DNA of 64,000 nt, from assembly GCA_963843575.1 (NCBI GenBank), contig CAWJKZ010000009.1, positions 189,016 through 253,015 of the forward strand, in the 5' to 3' direction. Source of the stretch: an uncultured Acidobacteriota bacterium (GTDB taxonomy: Bacteria > Acidobacteriota > UBA6911). The stretch's first letter is position 1. Each line of letters begins with the position of its first letter. The notes beneath the pieces are model-generated. The model ran no database searches. It was not told where the DNA came from and saw only the letters and a program-made list of their open reading frames with translations. The position numbers and the translations under genes are program-made. Shown here in pieces: positions 20,561-30,593 of this stretch.

Positions 20561-22957
20561 CTAGGGCAGGTACTCCCAGAATTCGGTGCGCAGCCAGCGG
20601 ACCAGACGGCGCGTCGCAAGCTCGCCCACGCGCCGCTTGCCGCACAGGATCTTCCCCACGCCCGTCATCCCCGCCTTCAACAGCCCGTCCCGGTTCTCCA
20701 GCTCCCCCTGGACCAGCACCATCCGCTCCGAGCCCGACTGCACCGCCACCGGCGATATCGTCTTCACCTCGGCCTCGAACGAACGCTTCGGGTAGCCGCG
20801 CACCTTCATCGTGATCCTGTAGCCCGGGTGCACGTCCGCGATCTCCTTCTCCGGGACCGGCATGTCGATCTTCACCACCCCGAGGCTGACGATGTCGCAC
20901 AGCGCCGCCCCCTTCGCCAGGTACTCCCCCACCCGGTTGCGCAGGTACGGCGTCGCCACCACCCCGTCGATCTCGCTCCTTATCCTCAGCATCTCCAGCT
21001 GCTGCGCCAGGATCCCGGCGCTCGTCTCGAGCTTGGCCACCTCGGCCTCCACCGCCCGGACCGCCTCTTTGCGCGAGCCCGCCTGCAGGATCCTCAGCTC
21101 GCTCTGCGCCTGGGTCACCTCCCGGCGCTTCACCTGGTAGGTGCGGTCCGTGCGCTCGGCCAGCACCCTCAGCTGCCCCTCGGCCTCCGAAAGCTCCTGC
21201 TGCTGCACCTCGAAGGTCGTCCGGTCCCGCTCGACCTCGTTGCGGGCGATGAGCCCCTCCTGCAGCAGCCTGTGGCTCCGCTCGTAGTTGGCGCGCGCCT
21301 GTTCGAGCTCCGCCCGCCTCTTGGCGACCGTCTCGAAAAGCACCTTGCGCTCCTGCTCGACCCGGAGCGTGTTGCTCATCTCGGCCCTCTTGGTCTCCAC
21401 CTGCCGCTGCGCCCGCTCGATCTCCTCGGGCCGCGTCCCCGCCCTGAGCAGCGCCAGCGCCGCCCGCCTCTCCTCGAGGTCGCCGCGCGTCTCCTCGTAG
21501 CTGTTGCTCAGCTCCAGGTTCTCGAGCTCCGCCAGGACGTCGCCGCGGCTCACCCGCGTCCCCTCGTCCACCAGGATCGATTTCAGGGTCCCGTCCACCC
21601 GGGCGCTGATCGACGCGCGCTTCTGCGCGTTGATCGTGAAGTCGCCCGAGACCTTCAGCTCCCACGGGACGAGCGCCACGGCCGCCAGTACCAGCGCCAG
21701 GATCAGGAGCCGCAGCGCCTTGCGCCGGCGCGCGCGCCACTTGTCCGCCGCGGCGTCCGCCGCGGGCGCCGGGCCCGCGGGCGCGGCCGGGCCCCTCCCC
21801 GGGAGCGGGGCCGCCAGCAGCACGACCGCCGACAGCGCCACGATCCCCCACCCCTTGTACTCGCTCACCAGCCAGCCGCCGACGCGCTCGAGCATCACCC
21901 AGGCCAGCGCCGCGGAAAAAAGCAGCGACGCGGTCCCGAACAGCCCGAAGATCGCCTTCTCCCTCGGGGTCGCCCCCGTCGCGGCCGCCCCGCCGAAGAG
22001 CCAGCCGGCCAGGCGGCGGCGCAGGTAGCCGAAGGACTTCGACCGGAGGTTGGGGACCTCCAGCAGGTCGCTCACCAGGTAGTACCCGTCCAGCCGGATC
22101 AGAGGGTTGAAGTTGAACAGCGTCTGGATCCCGGTGAACGCGATCGTCACCAGGCAGACCCGCGACGCGAACGTCTCGACCGCCAGCAGGCGCCACGCGA
22201 AGACCGCGCAGGCCCACACCAGCAGCTGTGCCCAGCCCCCCGCCAGCGTCACCAGCGCCCGCTCGCGCTTGCGCAGCATCCAGGCGTCGCTGATGTTGCA
22301 GTAAAACGCCGGGATGAAGTAAAGGAGCAGGAAGCCCATCTCCTCCGTCTTGCCGCCGTAGTGCTTCAGGGCCAGCCCGTGGGCGAACTCGTGCGCCGTC
22401 ATGACCGCGAACGCCACCGCCACGACGAGCGGGATCGACGAGAGCGACAGCAGCGAGCCCAGCGAGACGAACAGCAGCTCCCGGTTCACCACCGCGATCG
22501 CCGAGGCCCCCGCCACCGCCGCCCACCCCGCCGCCGTGAACGCCGGGTGGAAGCAGAAGCGCAGGCGGCGCTCGAGCCGGGTCAGCAGCGCGTCGGGGTT
22601 GAAGGCGCGGATCTTTATGCTCAGGATGTCGCGCAGCAGCCGGCGCCTCGGCCTGGCCAGGGCCTCCAGCCGGCGCCAGCAGGGCTCCTCGTCCAGGAGG
22701 AGCAGGGCGCGCAGCCGGCCGGCGAAGTCGCGGACCTGCGCCTCGGTCACCGGCGTGCCGAGCCGCGCCGACACCTCGGCCGCGACCGCGGCCGGCGCGC
22801 CGGTGCCGTCGAGCCTGGCGAGGACCGCGGCCTGCACCGCCGTGAAGCGGTAGAAGCGGCGCGCGACCGGGTCCTTGACGACGACGGGCGAACCCGGGTC
22901 CGGCGTCTCGCTCCGGAGCTCCAGGTCCCGCCGCACCTTGATGTGACCCTCTCCCAT
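20561..22957 (-). CDS. PqqD/RRE-like + M50 site-2 zinc metalloprotease + HlyD/membrane-fusion adaptor fusion (putative peptide maturase-exporter)
   Basis: N-terminal VVKDPVARRFYRF...LDG...LL (PqqD-like); HEFAH and FNFNPLIRLDGY M50 motifs; lipoyl-like halves, long coiled coil and beta-barrel of HlyD. Confidence 0.85.
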   Translation of the reverse strand: MGEGHIKVRRDLELRSETPDPGSPVVVKDPVARRFYRFTAVQAAVLARLDGTGAPAAVAAEVSARLGTPVTEAQVRDFAGRLRALLLLDEEPCWRRLEALARPRRRLLRDILSIKIRAFNPDALLTRLERRLRFCFHPAFTAAGWAAVAGASAIAVVNRELLFVSLGSLLSLSSIPLVVAVAFAVMTAHEFAHGLALKHYGGKTEEMGFLLLYFIPAFYCNISDAWMLRKRERALVTLAGGWAQLLVWACAVFAWRLLAVETFASRVCLVTIAFTGIQTLFNFNPLIRLDGYYLVSDLLEVPNLRSKSFGYLRRRLAGWLFGGAAATGATPREKAIFGLFGTASLLFSAALAWVMLERVGGWLVSEYKGWGIVALSAVVLLAAPLPGRGPAAPAGPAPAADAAADKWRARRRKALRLLILALVLAAVALVPWELKVSGDFTINAQKRASISARVDGTLKSILVDEGTRVSRGDVLAELENLELSNSYEETRGDLEERRAALALLRAGTRPEEIERAQRQVETKRAEMSNTLRVEQERKVLFETVAKRRAELEQARANYERSHRLLQEGLIARNEVERDRTTFEVQQQELSEAEGQLRVLAERTDRTYQVKRREVTQAQSELRILQAGSRKEAVRAVEAEVAKLETSAGILAQQLEMLRIRSEIDGVVATPYLRNRVGEYLAKGAALCDIVSLGVVKIDMPVPEKEIADVHPGYRITMKVRGYPKRSFEAEVKTISPVAVQSGSERMVLVQGELENRDGLLKAGMTGVGKILCGKRRVGELATRRLVRWLRTEFWEYLP

Positions 22958-23073
22958 TTACCCCCTTGGGATTTTCCGGCAAGTGTCCGTGTGGCCGCAT
23001 CGTAAGGGGAGCCCGGATGAAAATGCAACTGGATTGAGTGGGACGGAGGGGGGCGGATCGCGCTATTTGCGGC

Positions 23074-23145
23074 GCGGCGCCGAGGCGCCGGGGTGTTTCG
23101 GCCGGGGCGAGAATTGAAAGCGGCGCCGAGGCGCCGCACTCCAGA
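23074..23145. repeat. REP-like family B (AAAGCGGCGCCGAGGCGCCGCACTCCAGA)
   Basis: Palindromic core GCGGCGCCGAGGCGCCGC repeated at 29385-29459 and 34202-34288. Confidence 0.8.
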
Positions 23146-23179
23146 TGTGCTATAGTTCGCATTTTTTGGGAGCCGGCCT

Positions 23180-23875
23180 TTGGATTTCCTGCAGAGAATC
23201 GACGTCGGGAGTGTGGCCATCCAGTTTGCGGTGCTGCTGTTTTCGCTGAGCATCCACGAGGCGGCGCACGCCTGGACCGCCGACTGGTTCGGCGACTACA
23301 CGGCCCGCTATCTCGGGCGCGTCACCATCAACCCGACCGCCCACATCGACCTGATCGGGACCGTCCTGTTCCCGCTGCTGCAGTTCATCGCCAACTTCCC
23401 GCTGATCGGCTGGGCGAAGCCGGTCCCGGTCAACGCCGCGCACCTGCGCAACCCGCGGCGCGACCAGATCTTCATCTCGCTGGCCGGGCCGGGGGCCAAC
23501 CTGCTGGCCGCCGTGGCCGCCTTCCTGATCTTGGTCGCCCTGCGGATGTCCTCCGGCCAGGCCGACGGGCTGATCATGAACATGATCGTCAACATGCGGG
23601 TGCCGCACGACAGGTCGCTCCTGGTCCCCATCGTCGGCTTCCTCTTCTTCGCCCTGGTCATCAACCTCGCGCTCGCCCTGTTCAACCTGATCCCGGTGCC
23701 GCCGCTCGACGGGCACTGGATGCTGTATGGCGTGCTGCCTTATAATGCGGCGCAGGTCCTCGAGCGGGTGAGCTCCTACGGCTTCCTGGTCCTGTACGCG
23801 CTGATGTTCCTGGGCATGTTCAACTTCATCTTCATCCCCGTCCAGTGGGTCCTCACGCTCCTGCTCGTGCTGTAA
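23180..23875 (+). CDS. site-2 protease family (M50) membrane zinc metalloprotease
   Basis: HEAAH, AGPGAN and NLIPVPPLDG motifs. Confidence 0.9.
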   Translation: MDFLQRIDVGSVAIQFAVLLFSLSIHEAAHAWTADWFGDYTARYLGRVTINPTAHIDLIGTVLFPLLQFIANFPLIGWAKPVPVNAAHLRNPRRDQIFISLAGPGANLLAAVAAFLILVALRMSSGQADGLIMNMIVNMRVPHDRSLLVPIVGFLFFALVINLALALFNLIPVPPLDGHWMLYGVLPYNAAQVLERVSSYGFLVLYALMFLGMFNFIFIPVQWVLTLLLVL

Positions 23876-23928
23876 AGCGGGGGGCCGCGGCAAACGGAAC
23901 GGTTTTCTCCGTTTTTTTCGGGTGGGTC

Positions 23929-24722
23929 ATGTCAGACGGCGAGAGGCGCGAACGGCGGGGCGGCGGACGACGCCCGGGAAAGGCCGTCGCCGGACCCCGA
24001 CCAGATCACCATCCGGCTCGACGCCTTCGAGGGGCCGCTCGACCTGCTGCTGCACCTGATCAAGCGCGAGGAGATCGACATCTGGAACATCCCGATCGCG
24101 CGCATCACCGAGCAGTACCTGGAATACCTGCAGCTGATGAAGGACCTCAACATCAACGTCGCCGGGGAGTGGCTCGTCATGGCCGCCACCCTGATCTACA
24201 TCAAGTCGCGCATGCTGCTGCCCCCCGACCCCGTCGCCGAGCAGCCGTCCGAGGAGGGGGGCGAGGACCCGAGGACCGAACTCGTCTACCAGCTGCTGGA
24301 GCACCAGAAGTTCAAGAACGCCGCCCAGATGCTCTACACGCGCGAGGAGGTCGAGAACGCCGTCTGGCACAACCCGCCCCCGGAGGCGATCGAGGAGGCG
24401 GGGGAGGTGGTCGCCGTCACCCTGTTCGACCTGCTCAAGGCGTTCCACGAGGTCGTCAAGCGCTTTGAGGCGCAGCGCGCCATGGAGCTCGACCAGGAGG
24501 AGGTCTCGATCGAGCAGAAGCTGGCCGACATGCGCCGCCTGCTGCTGGTGCACGACAAGCTCGTCTTCTCGACCTTCCTCGAGCTCTGCCCGACCAGGCG
24601 CCACCTGATCGTGACGTTCCTGGCGCTGCTCGAGCTCGTGCGGCTGCGGGAGATCTGGGTGTACCAGAAGAAGGCGTTCGACGAGATCTACATCACCAAG
24701 GGAAAAACGGAGAGCGGTCTGA
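23929..24722 (+). CDS. scpA: segregation and condensation protein A (probable indels near both ends)
   Basis: FEGPLDLLLHLIK, AATLIYIKSRMLLP and IVTFLALLEL motifs. Confidence 0.88.
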
Positions 24723-24727
24723 AGCCC

Positions 24728-25345
24728 ATGGAAATCAGCGAACTCCGGCCCATCCTGGAGGCCATCATCTACGTCGCCGAAGACCCGGTCAAGCCGGAGC
24801 AGTTGAAGGAGGTCTTCGAGGACGAGAGCTTCGACAAGATCGAGCTCGCGCTGGCCGAGCTGGTCGAGGAATTCAACGCGCGCCCCGGCGGCATGGTCAT
24901 CCGGCAGGTGGCGGGGGGCTACCGGATGACGACGCGCCCGGAGCACCACGAGCACATCCGGGCCTACCTGAAGTCGAAGCCGAGCGCGAAGCTCTCGATG
25001 GCGGCGCTCGAGACGCTCGCGGTCATCGCCTACAGGCAGCCGGTCACCCTGGCGGAGATCCTGGCGATCCGCGGCAAGAAGTCGACGACGGCGCTGCAGA
25101 CGCTGCTGGAGAAGAAGCTCGTCGCCATCATCGGGCGCAAGCCGGTCGTGGGCCGGCCGATTCTTTACGGCACCTCCAAGGAGTTCCTGCTCCATTTCGG
25201 CCTCAACGAGCTCTCGGAGCTCCCCACGCTCGCGGAGTTCGCCCAGATGGCCGGGCGACCAGCTCTGACATGGAAAACGCGGAGAGGCTGCAGAAGATCA
25301 TTTCGGCCGCCGGCATCGCGTCGCGGCGCAAGGCGGAGGAGCTGA
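24728..25345 (+). CDS. scpB: SMC-Scp complex subunit ScpB (3' end uncertain)
   Basis: LEAIIY, VAGGYRMTT, ALETLAVIAYRQPVT and YGTSKEFLLHFGL motifs. Confidence 0.9.
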   Translation: MEISELRPILEAIIYVAEDPVKPEQLKEVFEDESFDKIELALAELVEEFNARPGGMVIRQVAGGYRMTTRPEHHEHIRAYLKSKPSAKLSMAALETLAVIAYRQPVTLAEILAIRGKKSTTALQTLLEKKLVAIIGRKPVVGRPILYGTSKEFLLHFGLNELSELPTLAEFAQMAGRPALTWKTRRGCRRSFRPPASRRGARRRS

Positions 25346-26114
25346 TCGCCGGAAGGGAGGGTCACGGTCAACGGCCAGGTCGTGACCGAACTCGGGACCA
25401 AGGCCGATCCCGGCGCGCGACCACATCAAGGTGGACGGCAGGCTGCTGCACCGCTTCCCGGAGAAGGTCTACGTGCTGCTCAACAAGCCGCGCCAGGTGG
25501 TCTCGACCGTGTCGGACCCGCAGCGGCGCACCAAGGTGACCGACCTCGTCGACGCCTCCGGGAAGCTCTACCCGGTGGGGCGGCTGGATTACAACACCGA
25601 GGGACTCATCCTGCTGACCAACGACGGGGAGTTCGCCCGGATCGTCAGCGCCGCCGGGACGCACCTCCCCAAGGTGTATCATGTCAAGGTCCGGTCCACG
25701 GTCGAGGACGCCACGCTGGAGCGGTTGCGCGCCGGCGTGCGGCTGCGCGACGGGACGCAGCTGGCCCCGTGCCGGATCGTTCCGCTGCGGAGGGCCAACA
25801 ACAGCTGGTACGAGGTGACCCTGACGCAGGGGAAAAACCGGCAGGTCCGCAACATGTTCCAGCTCGTGGGCCACCCGGTCATGAAGATCCGCCGCACGCG
25901 GATCGGCTTCCTGACCGACGACGGGATCGAGCCGGGACATTACCGGCACCTGGCCCCGACGGAGGTGGCCAGGATCCTGCGGCTCCGGGGCGCGGCGCGA
26001 GGGCGCGGGCGGGCACGGCCGCGCGGGGGAGTAGGGCTTTGTTCACGGGCATCATCGAGGAGACGGGCCGCATCCGGTCGATGGGGCCGACGGGGCAGGG
26101 CGCCCTGGTGGTGA
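25270..26114 (+). CDS. rluB: 23S rRNA pseudouridine synthase, RluB-like (frameshifted)
   Basis: S4 domain ERLQKIISAAGIASRRKAEELI; YPVGRLDYNTEGL and GKNRQVR; follows scpAB. Confidence 0.85.
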
Positions 26115-26687
26115 TCTCGGCCGCCGCAGTCCCGCCGCATCTGAAGCCGGGGGACTCGGTCGCCGTCAACGGCGTCTGCCTCACGGTGACCCGCGCGGAC
26201 GCGGACTCGTTTGCGGCCGACCTGTCGGGCGAGACGCTCCGGCGCACGACCTTCGGGGCGGCCCGGGCCGGCGCCGAGGTGAACCTGGAACGGCCGCTGG
26301 CGCTCGGCGACCGCCTGGGCGGCCACATGGTCCAGGGGCACGTCGACGGCGTCGGGAAGGTCGCGTCCGTGACCCCGGCCGGCGACGGCATCGTGATCGG
26401 GTTCGACTTCCCCGCGGAGCTCGAGCGCTACCTCGTCCTGAAGGGGTCGATCGCGGTGGACGGGATCAGCCTCACGGTCGCCTCGCTCGAGCAGCGTCGC
26501 TTCACCGTCGCCGTCATCCCGCACACGCTGCGCGCGACCACGCTCCGGCGCCTCGCCCCCGGCGACGCGCGTCAACCTCGAGGCCGACATGCTGGGCAAG
26601 TACTTCGAGCGCTTCTTCCAGCTGGGGGTCCCCAGGGCCGCGGGCCCCGGACTCACCGCCGATTACCTCAAGGAACAGGGGTACTAG
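26039..26687 (+). CDS. ribE: riboflavin synthase (frameshift near 26570)
   Basis: MFTGIIEE start (TTG), SVAVNGVCLTV, GGHMVQGHVDG and KGSIAVDGISLTV. Confidence 0.9.
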
Positions 26688-26691
26688 ACGC

Positions 26692-27336
26692 ATGGCCACT
26701 GACCACCCAGGCTTGATTCTACGGTGCGCCGCGGCGCTGCTCGCGGCCGCCGCGTGCCTCGCCGCCGGGAACGACCCCATCCCGGCCTTCGGCCGCGACA
26801 CCGTGATCGTGTGGAAGATCGAAAACCAGGACACCGTCTCGCAGTTCGTCGTGCGGCTCGCCGAGTTCTCCGCCCGGGCGCTTCCTCGAGTGGGAGGACC
26901 AGACCACCCAGGGGACCATCTACATGAACGAGAAGGCGCTCAAGAACTCGAAGCGCTTCCTGAGCGCTCGCCTGTTCGAGGGGGGCGTCGACACGACGGG
27001 GAAGGACGGCACCACGCTCTGGCTGAGCGAGCGCATCTACGGCGACCTGAGAGAGAAGGGGCGCGCGAAGGTGACGCTCGACGGGGTCGACGGGCTGCTG
27101 ACGCTCGACGGGACGGGCGAACTCCCCGTCGAGGTCAACCGCACCCGGCAGCTGCTCCCCGTCCTCAAGGTCAAGGACGACCGCGGCTCCGAACGCTGGT
27201 TCCTCGACAGCCGGGAGAACTCCCTGATGGTGCGCCACACCGTGCGCGCCTTCGACCAGACCCTGGCCAGCATCACCACCGACAAGGCCAACACCCTCCG
27301 CTGGATCAAGGGCAAGAAACTCACCGCCCCCCACTG
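26692..27336 (+). CDS. hypothetical exported protein (frameshift near 26875)
   Basis: Signal-peptide-like N-terminus; host-like codon usage continues in ORF 26924..27337. Confidence 0.6.
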
Positions 27337-27354
27337 ACCGGCGCAATAACTCAA

Positions 27355-27451
27355 ACACAAGTGGGTCCGGGCTTCAGCCCGGACGCTGTCTGATCTGCTC
27401 TATATAGCAACCGCAAACAGCGTCCGGGCTGAAGCCCGTACCCACTTGTGT
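27355..27451. repeat. REP-like inverted pair, family A
   Basis: Near-identical to 89-200; lies between convergent genes. Confidence 0.85.
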
Positions 27452-27467
27452 TGTTTTTTAGGCAGTC

Positions 27468-28205
27468 TTAGACACGGGTCGGGAAGCAGCCGGGAGAGAC
27501 GCTGTCGTGCGGGAGCGCGGACTCGACGGCCGCCCGGGTGGCGGTCATCAGGCGGTCCCGGTCCTGCAGGGTCATGCCGGCCGTCGGGATCGGGTCGTGG
27601 ATGACGAGGTCCACCGTCCCGCCGCGCACGGCGAATTCGCCGGGCTTCTGGATGAGGCGCGAGTTGACGATCGTGACCGGCAGCACGGGGGTCTGGCCCT
27701 TGATCGCCATGATGAACGCCCCCTTCTTGAAGGGGCCGAGGCGCCCGTCGCGGCTGCGCGTCCCTTCGGCGAAGGCGAGGAACGTGTAGCCGCGGCTCAG
27801 CAGGAGGGCGGCCCGGTCGATGCTCTGGCGCGCCTTGTACGGGTCCGAGCGGTCGACCGCGACGCACTTCACCTGCTTCATCACCAGGTTGAAGACGGGG
27901 ATGGACATCATCTCCTTCTTTACGACGATGCGCAGGTCGCGCGGGATCGTGTAGAAGAGCACCGGCCCGTCGAAATTCCCCTGGTGGTTGCTCACCAGCA
28001 CGTAGTTCTGGCCGGGGACGATCTTCTCCTGGCCGCACATAGAGACCCTGATGCCGGCGACCCAGCCGGCGATCCGGACGCAGAAGCGGGCGATCCGGTA
28101 GATGGTGCGGGTCTCCCCGGCCACCAGGGTCCAGGCCATGACCGGCGGGCCGAGGACGAGGATGTACAGGCCCACGAACAGGTAGATGAACGTCGCGCGG
28201 ATCAT
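27468..28205 (-). CDS. 1-acyl-sn-glycerol-3-phosphate acyltransferase (PlsC family)
   Basis: NHQGNFD and FAEGTRS motifs. Confidence 0.88.
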   Translation of the reverse strand: MIRATFIYLFVGLYILVLGPPVMAWTLVAGETRTIYRIARFCVRIAGWVAGIRVSMCGQEKIVPGQNYVLVSNHQGNFDGPVLFYTIPRDLRIVVKKEMMSIPVFNLVMKQVKCVAVDRSDPYKARQSIDRAALLLSRGYTFLAFAEGTRSRDGRLGPFKKGAFIMAIKGQTPVLPVTIVNSRLIQKPGEFAVRGGTVDLVIHDPIPTAGMTLQDRDRLMTATRAAVESALPHDSVSPGCFPTRV

Positions 28206-28259
28206 CGGGCGATTGTAGCGGGAAATCGCGCCGGCCGGCACCGTTTTTCCGGTAGAATC

Positions 28260-29378
28260 TTGAGCCGGGAGGGCAACGCGTTGGATCGTGTCGAGGAGGC
28301 CATCGAGGCGTTTCGCCAGGGCCGGGTCGTGATCGTCGTCGACGACGAAGACCGGGAGAACGAGGGGGATTTCGCCGTCGCGGCCGAGAAGGTGAAGCCC
28401 GAGGTGATCAACTTCATGGCCAAGCACGGCCGCGGGCTGATCTGCCTGTCGCTCCCGGGCGAGCGGCTCGACGAGCTGCGCATCCCCATGATGGTCGACG
28501 AAAACACCAGCCGGCTCTGCACCGCGTTCACCGTCTCGATCGAGGCGGCGCGCGGCGTCACGACCGGGATCTCCGCCGCCGACCGCGCCCGCACCATCCT
28601 GACCGCCATCGACCCGCGCAGCGGGCCCGACGACCTCGTCCGCCCGGGGCACGTGTTCCCCCTGCGGCCCCGGCCCGGGGGCGTGCTCGAGCGCGCCGGC
28701 CAGACGGAGGCCTCCTCGGACCTGGCGCGCCTGGCGGGACTCTACCCGGCCGCGGTGATCTGCGAGATCATGAACGACGACGGCACCATGGCGCGCGCCC
28801 CGCAGCTGGCCGAGGTCGCGCGCGTCCACGGGCTGACCGTGGTCAGCGTCGCCGAGATCATCGCCCACCGGCTGCGCCACGAGACGTTCGTCCGGAAGGT
28901 GGCCGAGGCCCCCGTCGCCACCGCCCTCGGCGAGTTCCTCGTCACCGTGTTCGAAAACACGCTGGACGGCGAGCACCACGTGGCCCTGACCGCCGGCGCC
29001 GTCCGGCCCGACGTGCCCGTGCTGGTGCGGGTGCAGTCGCAGTCGACCCTGGGCGACGTCTTCCACGCGCAGCGCAACGACACCGGCGCGCAGCTCCGGG
29101 CCGCGCTCGGCATGATCCGCGCGGCCGGCTGCGGCATTCTCGTCTACCTGCGGCAGGAAAGGCAGGGCGCCGCGGTGGCCGCCGAAGTGCGCGCCCTCGC
29201 CCTCGGGGAAGCCGCCCCGGCCGGCGGCCAGCCCGACCTGCGGCTCTACGGCACCGGGGCCCAGATCCTGCGCCAGCTCGGGGCCGGGAAGATCCGGCTC
29301 ATCACCGGCCACCCCAGGAAGATCGTCGCCCTGCAGGGCTTCGGCATCACCGTCGTCGAACAGGTCCCGCTCGAGTAA
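28260..29378 (+). CDS. ribB: 3,4-dihydroxy-2-butanone-4-phosphate synthase fused to a degenerate GTP cyclohydrolase II domain (RibBX-type)
   Basis: DDEDRENEGD, RPGHVFPL and RAGQTEA motifs; GCH II domain lacks the Zn-binding cysteines. Confidence 0.88.
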   Translation: MSREGNALDRVEEAIEAFRQGRVVIVVDDEDRENEGDFAVAAEKVKPEVINFMAKHGRGLICLSLPGERLDELRIPMMVDENTSRLCTAFTVSIEAARGVTTGISAADRARTILTAIDPRSGPDDLVRPGHVFPLRPRPGGVLERAGQTEASSDLARLAGLYPAAVICEIMNDDGTMARAPQLAEVARVHGLTVVSVAEIIAHRLRHETFVRKVAEAPVATALGEFLVTVFENTLDGEHHVALTAGAVRPDVPVLVRVQSQSTLGDVFHAQRNDTGAQLRAALGMIRAAGCGILVYLRQERQGAAVAAEVRALALGEAAPAGGQPDLRLYGTGAQILRQLGAGKIRLITGHPRKIVALQGFGITVVEQVPLE

Positions 29379-29384
29379 TTGTGA

Positions 29385-29459
29385 AGTGCGGCGCCGAGGC
29401 GCCGGGGATTGCGGCCGCAGGATGTAAGCGAAAGCGGCGCCGAGGCGCCGCACTCCAGA
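29385..29459. repeat. REP-like family B
   Basis: Two GCGGCGCCGAGGCGCCG cores between convergent genes. Confidence 0.8.
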
Positions 29460-30593
29460 CTACGGCCTGGGGGACATGGTCGAGGGGGGGGTGTGGAGCT
29501 CGTTGGCGGTGAAATAGCCGGGACGGGCGGAAACCTGGGCGCCGGGCGCGTCCACGCCGACTTCGATGTGGCGGTAGCCGCCGTCCTTGACCGTGTTGGT
29601 GGAGATGTAACCGAGGGTGTACTGGTTCCTCAGTTCCTCGTCCACCTCGGCGTAGACGTTGTCGAGCTGCCCGAAGTTATTCGGGTAGAGCACGCGGCCG
29701 CCGGTCTCGTAGGCGAGTTTCCTCAGCGCCAGGTCCGCCTGGACGAACATCTCCTGGGGCACGTTGTTGTAGTACCCGGCCGCGCTGTACTGGGAGTTGA
29801 TCATCTGGCGCACCGCCTCGGTCTTGCTCACCACGTAGACCGACGCCTCGGATTGGATCGCGGCGTTGAGCGCCTGGGCGTAGGTGGTCGAGCTGTTGTT
29901 GTCCAGCCCGTCGCTCATGATGATGATCGCCTTCTTCTCCCTGATCCCCTTGAACACTTCGTTGGAGACGACATACAGGGCGTCCCAGAGGTTTGTGTTG
30001 TCCTTGCAGTAGACCGACGTAAGAACCGGGTCGATGCGGTCGAACTTCCGCCCCCAATCCATCTTGAGCCGCGTTTCCGTGTTGAAGGTGATCAGGGAGA
30101 ACTGGTCCTCGGGCTTGAGGTGTTCGACGAACCTCTTGGTGGCGTACTTGATGGAACCCCACTCCGTGCGCACGCTGCCGCTGATGTCGAGGACGATGGC
30201 GATCCTCGTGGGCACGCCTTCCTGGGCGAACAGGAGGATCTCCTGCTGCTCCCCCTCCTCGGCGATCCGGAAGGCGCTCTGGGGGAGCCCCTTGATGAAT
30301 CCGCCCCCGGTCTTGCGCACCGTCACCGGGACGGTGACCATGTTGACTTCGACGCCGATCTTGAAGCCTTCCTGGCCGCCGGCGTTCTTCTGGGCGGGCG
30401 GGGCCTGGTCCGCGGGGGCGGGCGCCTGCGCGGCCGGGGGCTGCTGCGCCCCGGCAAAATAACCGCAGCAGAACAGAACCGCCGCCAGAAGTGTCGATGC
30501 GGCCCTGACGAAAACTGCCTTGCTGTGAAATCCTGGGACCAACGCGTCACCTTTCGCGCAGGGCAGCGGGGAGCTTCTGATAGATTCCCCCAA
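29460..30593 (-). CDS. VWA domain protein (acidobacterial type)
   Basis: VNMVTVPVTV, DISGS MIDAS, SDGLDN and ETGG...ELRNQYTLGY. Confidence 0.88.
   Translation of the reverse strand: MGESIRSSPLPCAKGDALVPGFHSKAVFVRAASTLLAAVLFCCGYFAGAQQPPAAQAPAPADQAPPAQKNAGGQEGFKIGVEVNMVTVPVTVRKTGGGFIKGLPQSAFRIAEEGEQQEILLFAQEGVPTRIAIVLDISGSVRTEWGSIKYATKRFVEHLKPEDQFSLITFNTETRLKMDWGRKFDRIDPVLTSVYCKDNTNLWDALYVVSNEVFKGIREKKAIIIMSDGLDNNSSTTYAQALNAAIQSEASVYVVSKTEAVRQMINSQYSAAGYYNNVPQEMFVQADLALRKLAYETGGRVLYPNNFGQLDNVYAEVDEELRNQYTLGYISTNTVKDGGYRHIEVGVDAPGAQVSARPGYFTANELHTPPSTMSPRP

Noticed and set aside
20517-23162. Long overlapping alternative-frame and antisense ORFs (here and throughout the GC-rich region)
   Set aside because: Arg/Pro/Gly/Ala-rich shadow ORFs expected from high GC3, with no recognisable motifs.
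23180-23875. Second site-2 protease as part of the peptide system
   Set aside because: Divergently oriented and leads the scpAB-rluB run, a common housekeeping arrangement.
24137-25345. Natural ScpA-ScpB fusion
   Set aside because: A TGA lies at 24720-24722 just before the scpB ATG in another frame, and indels are pervasive here, so a sequencing error is the simpler explanation.
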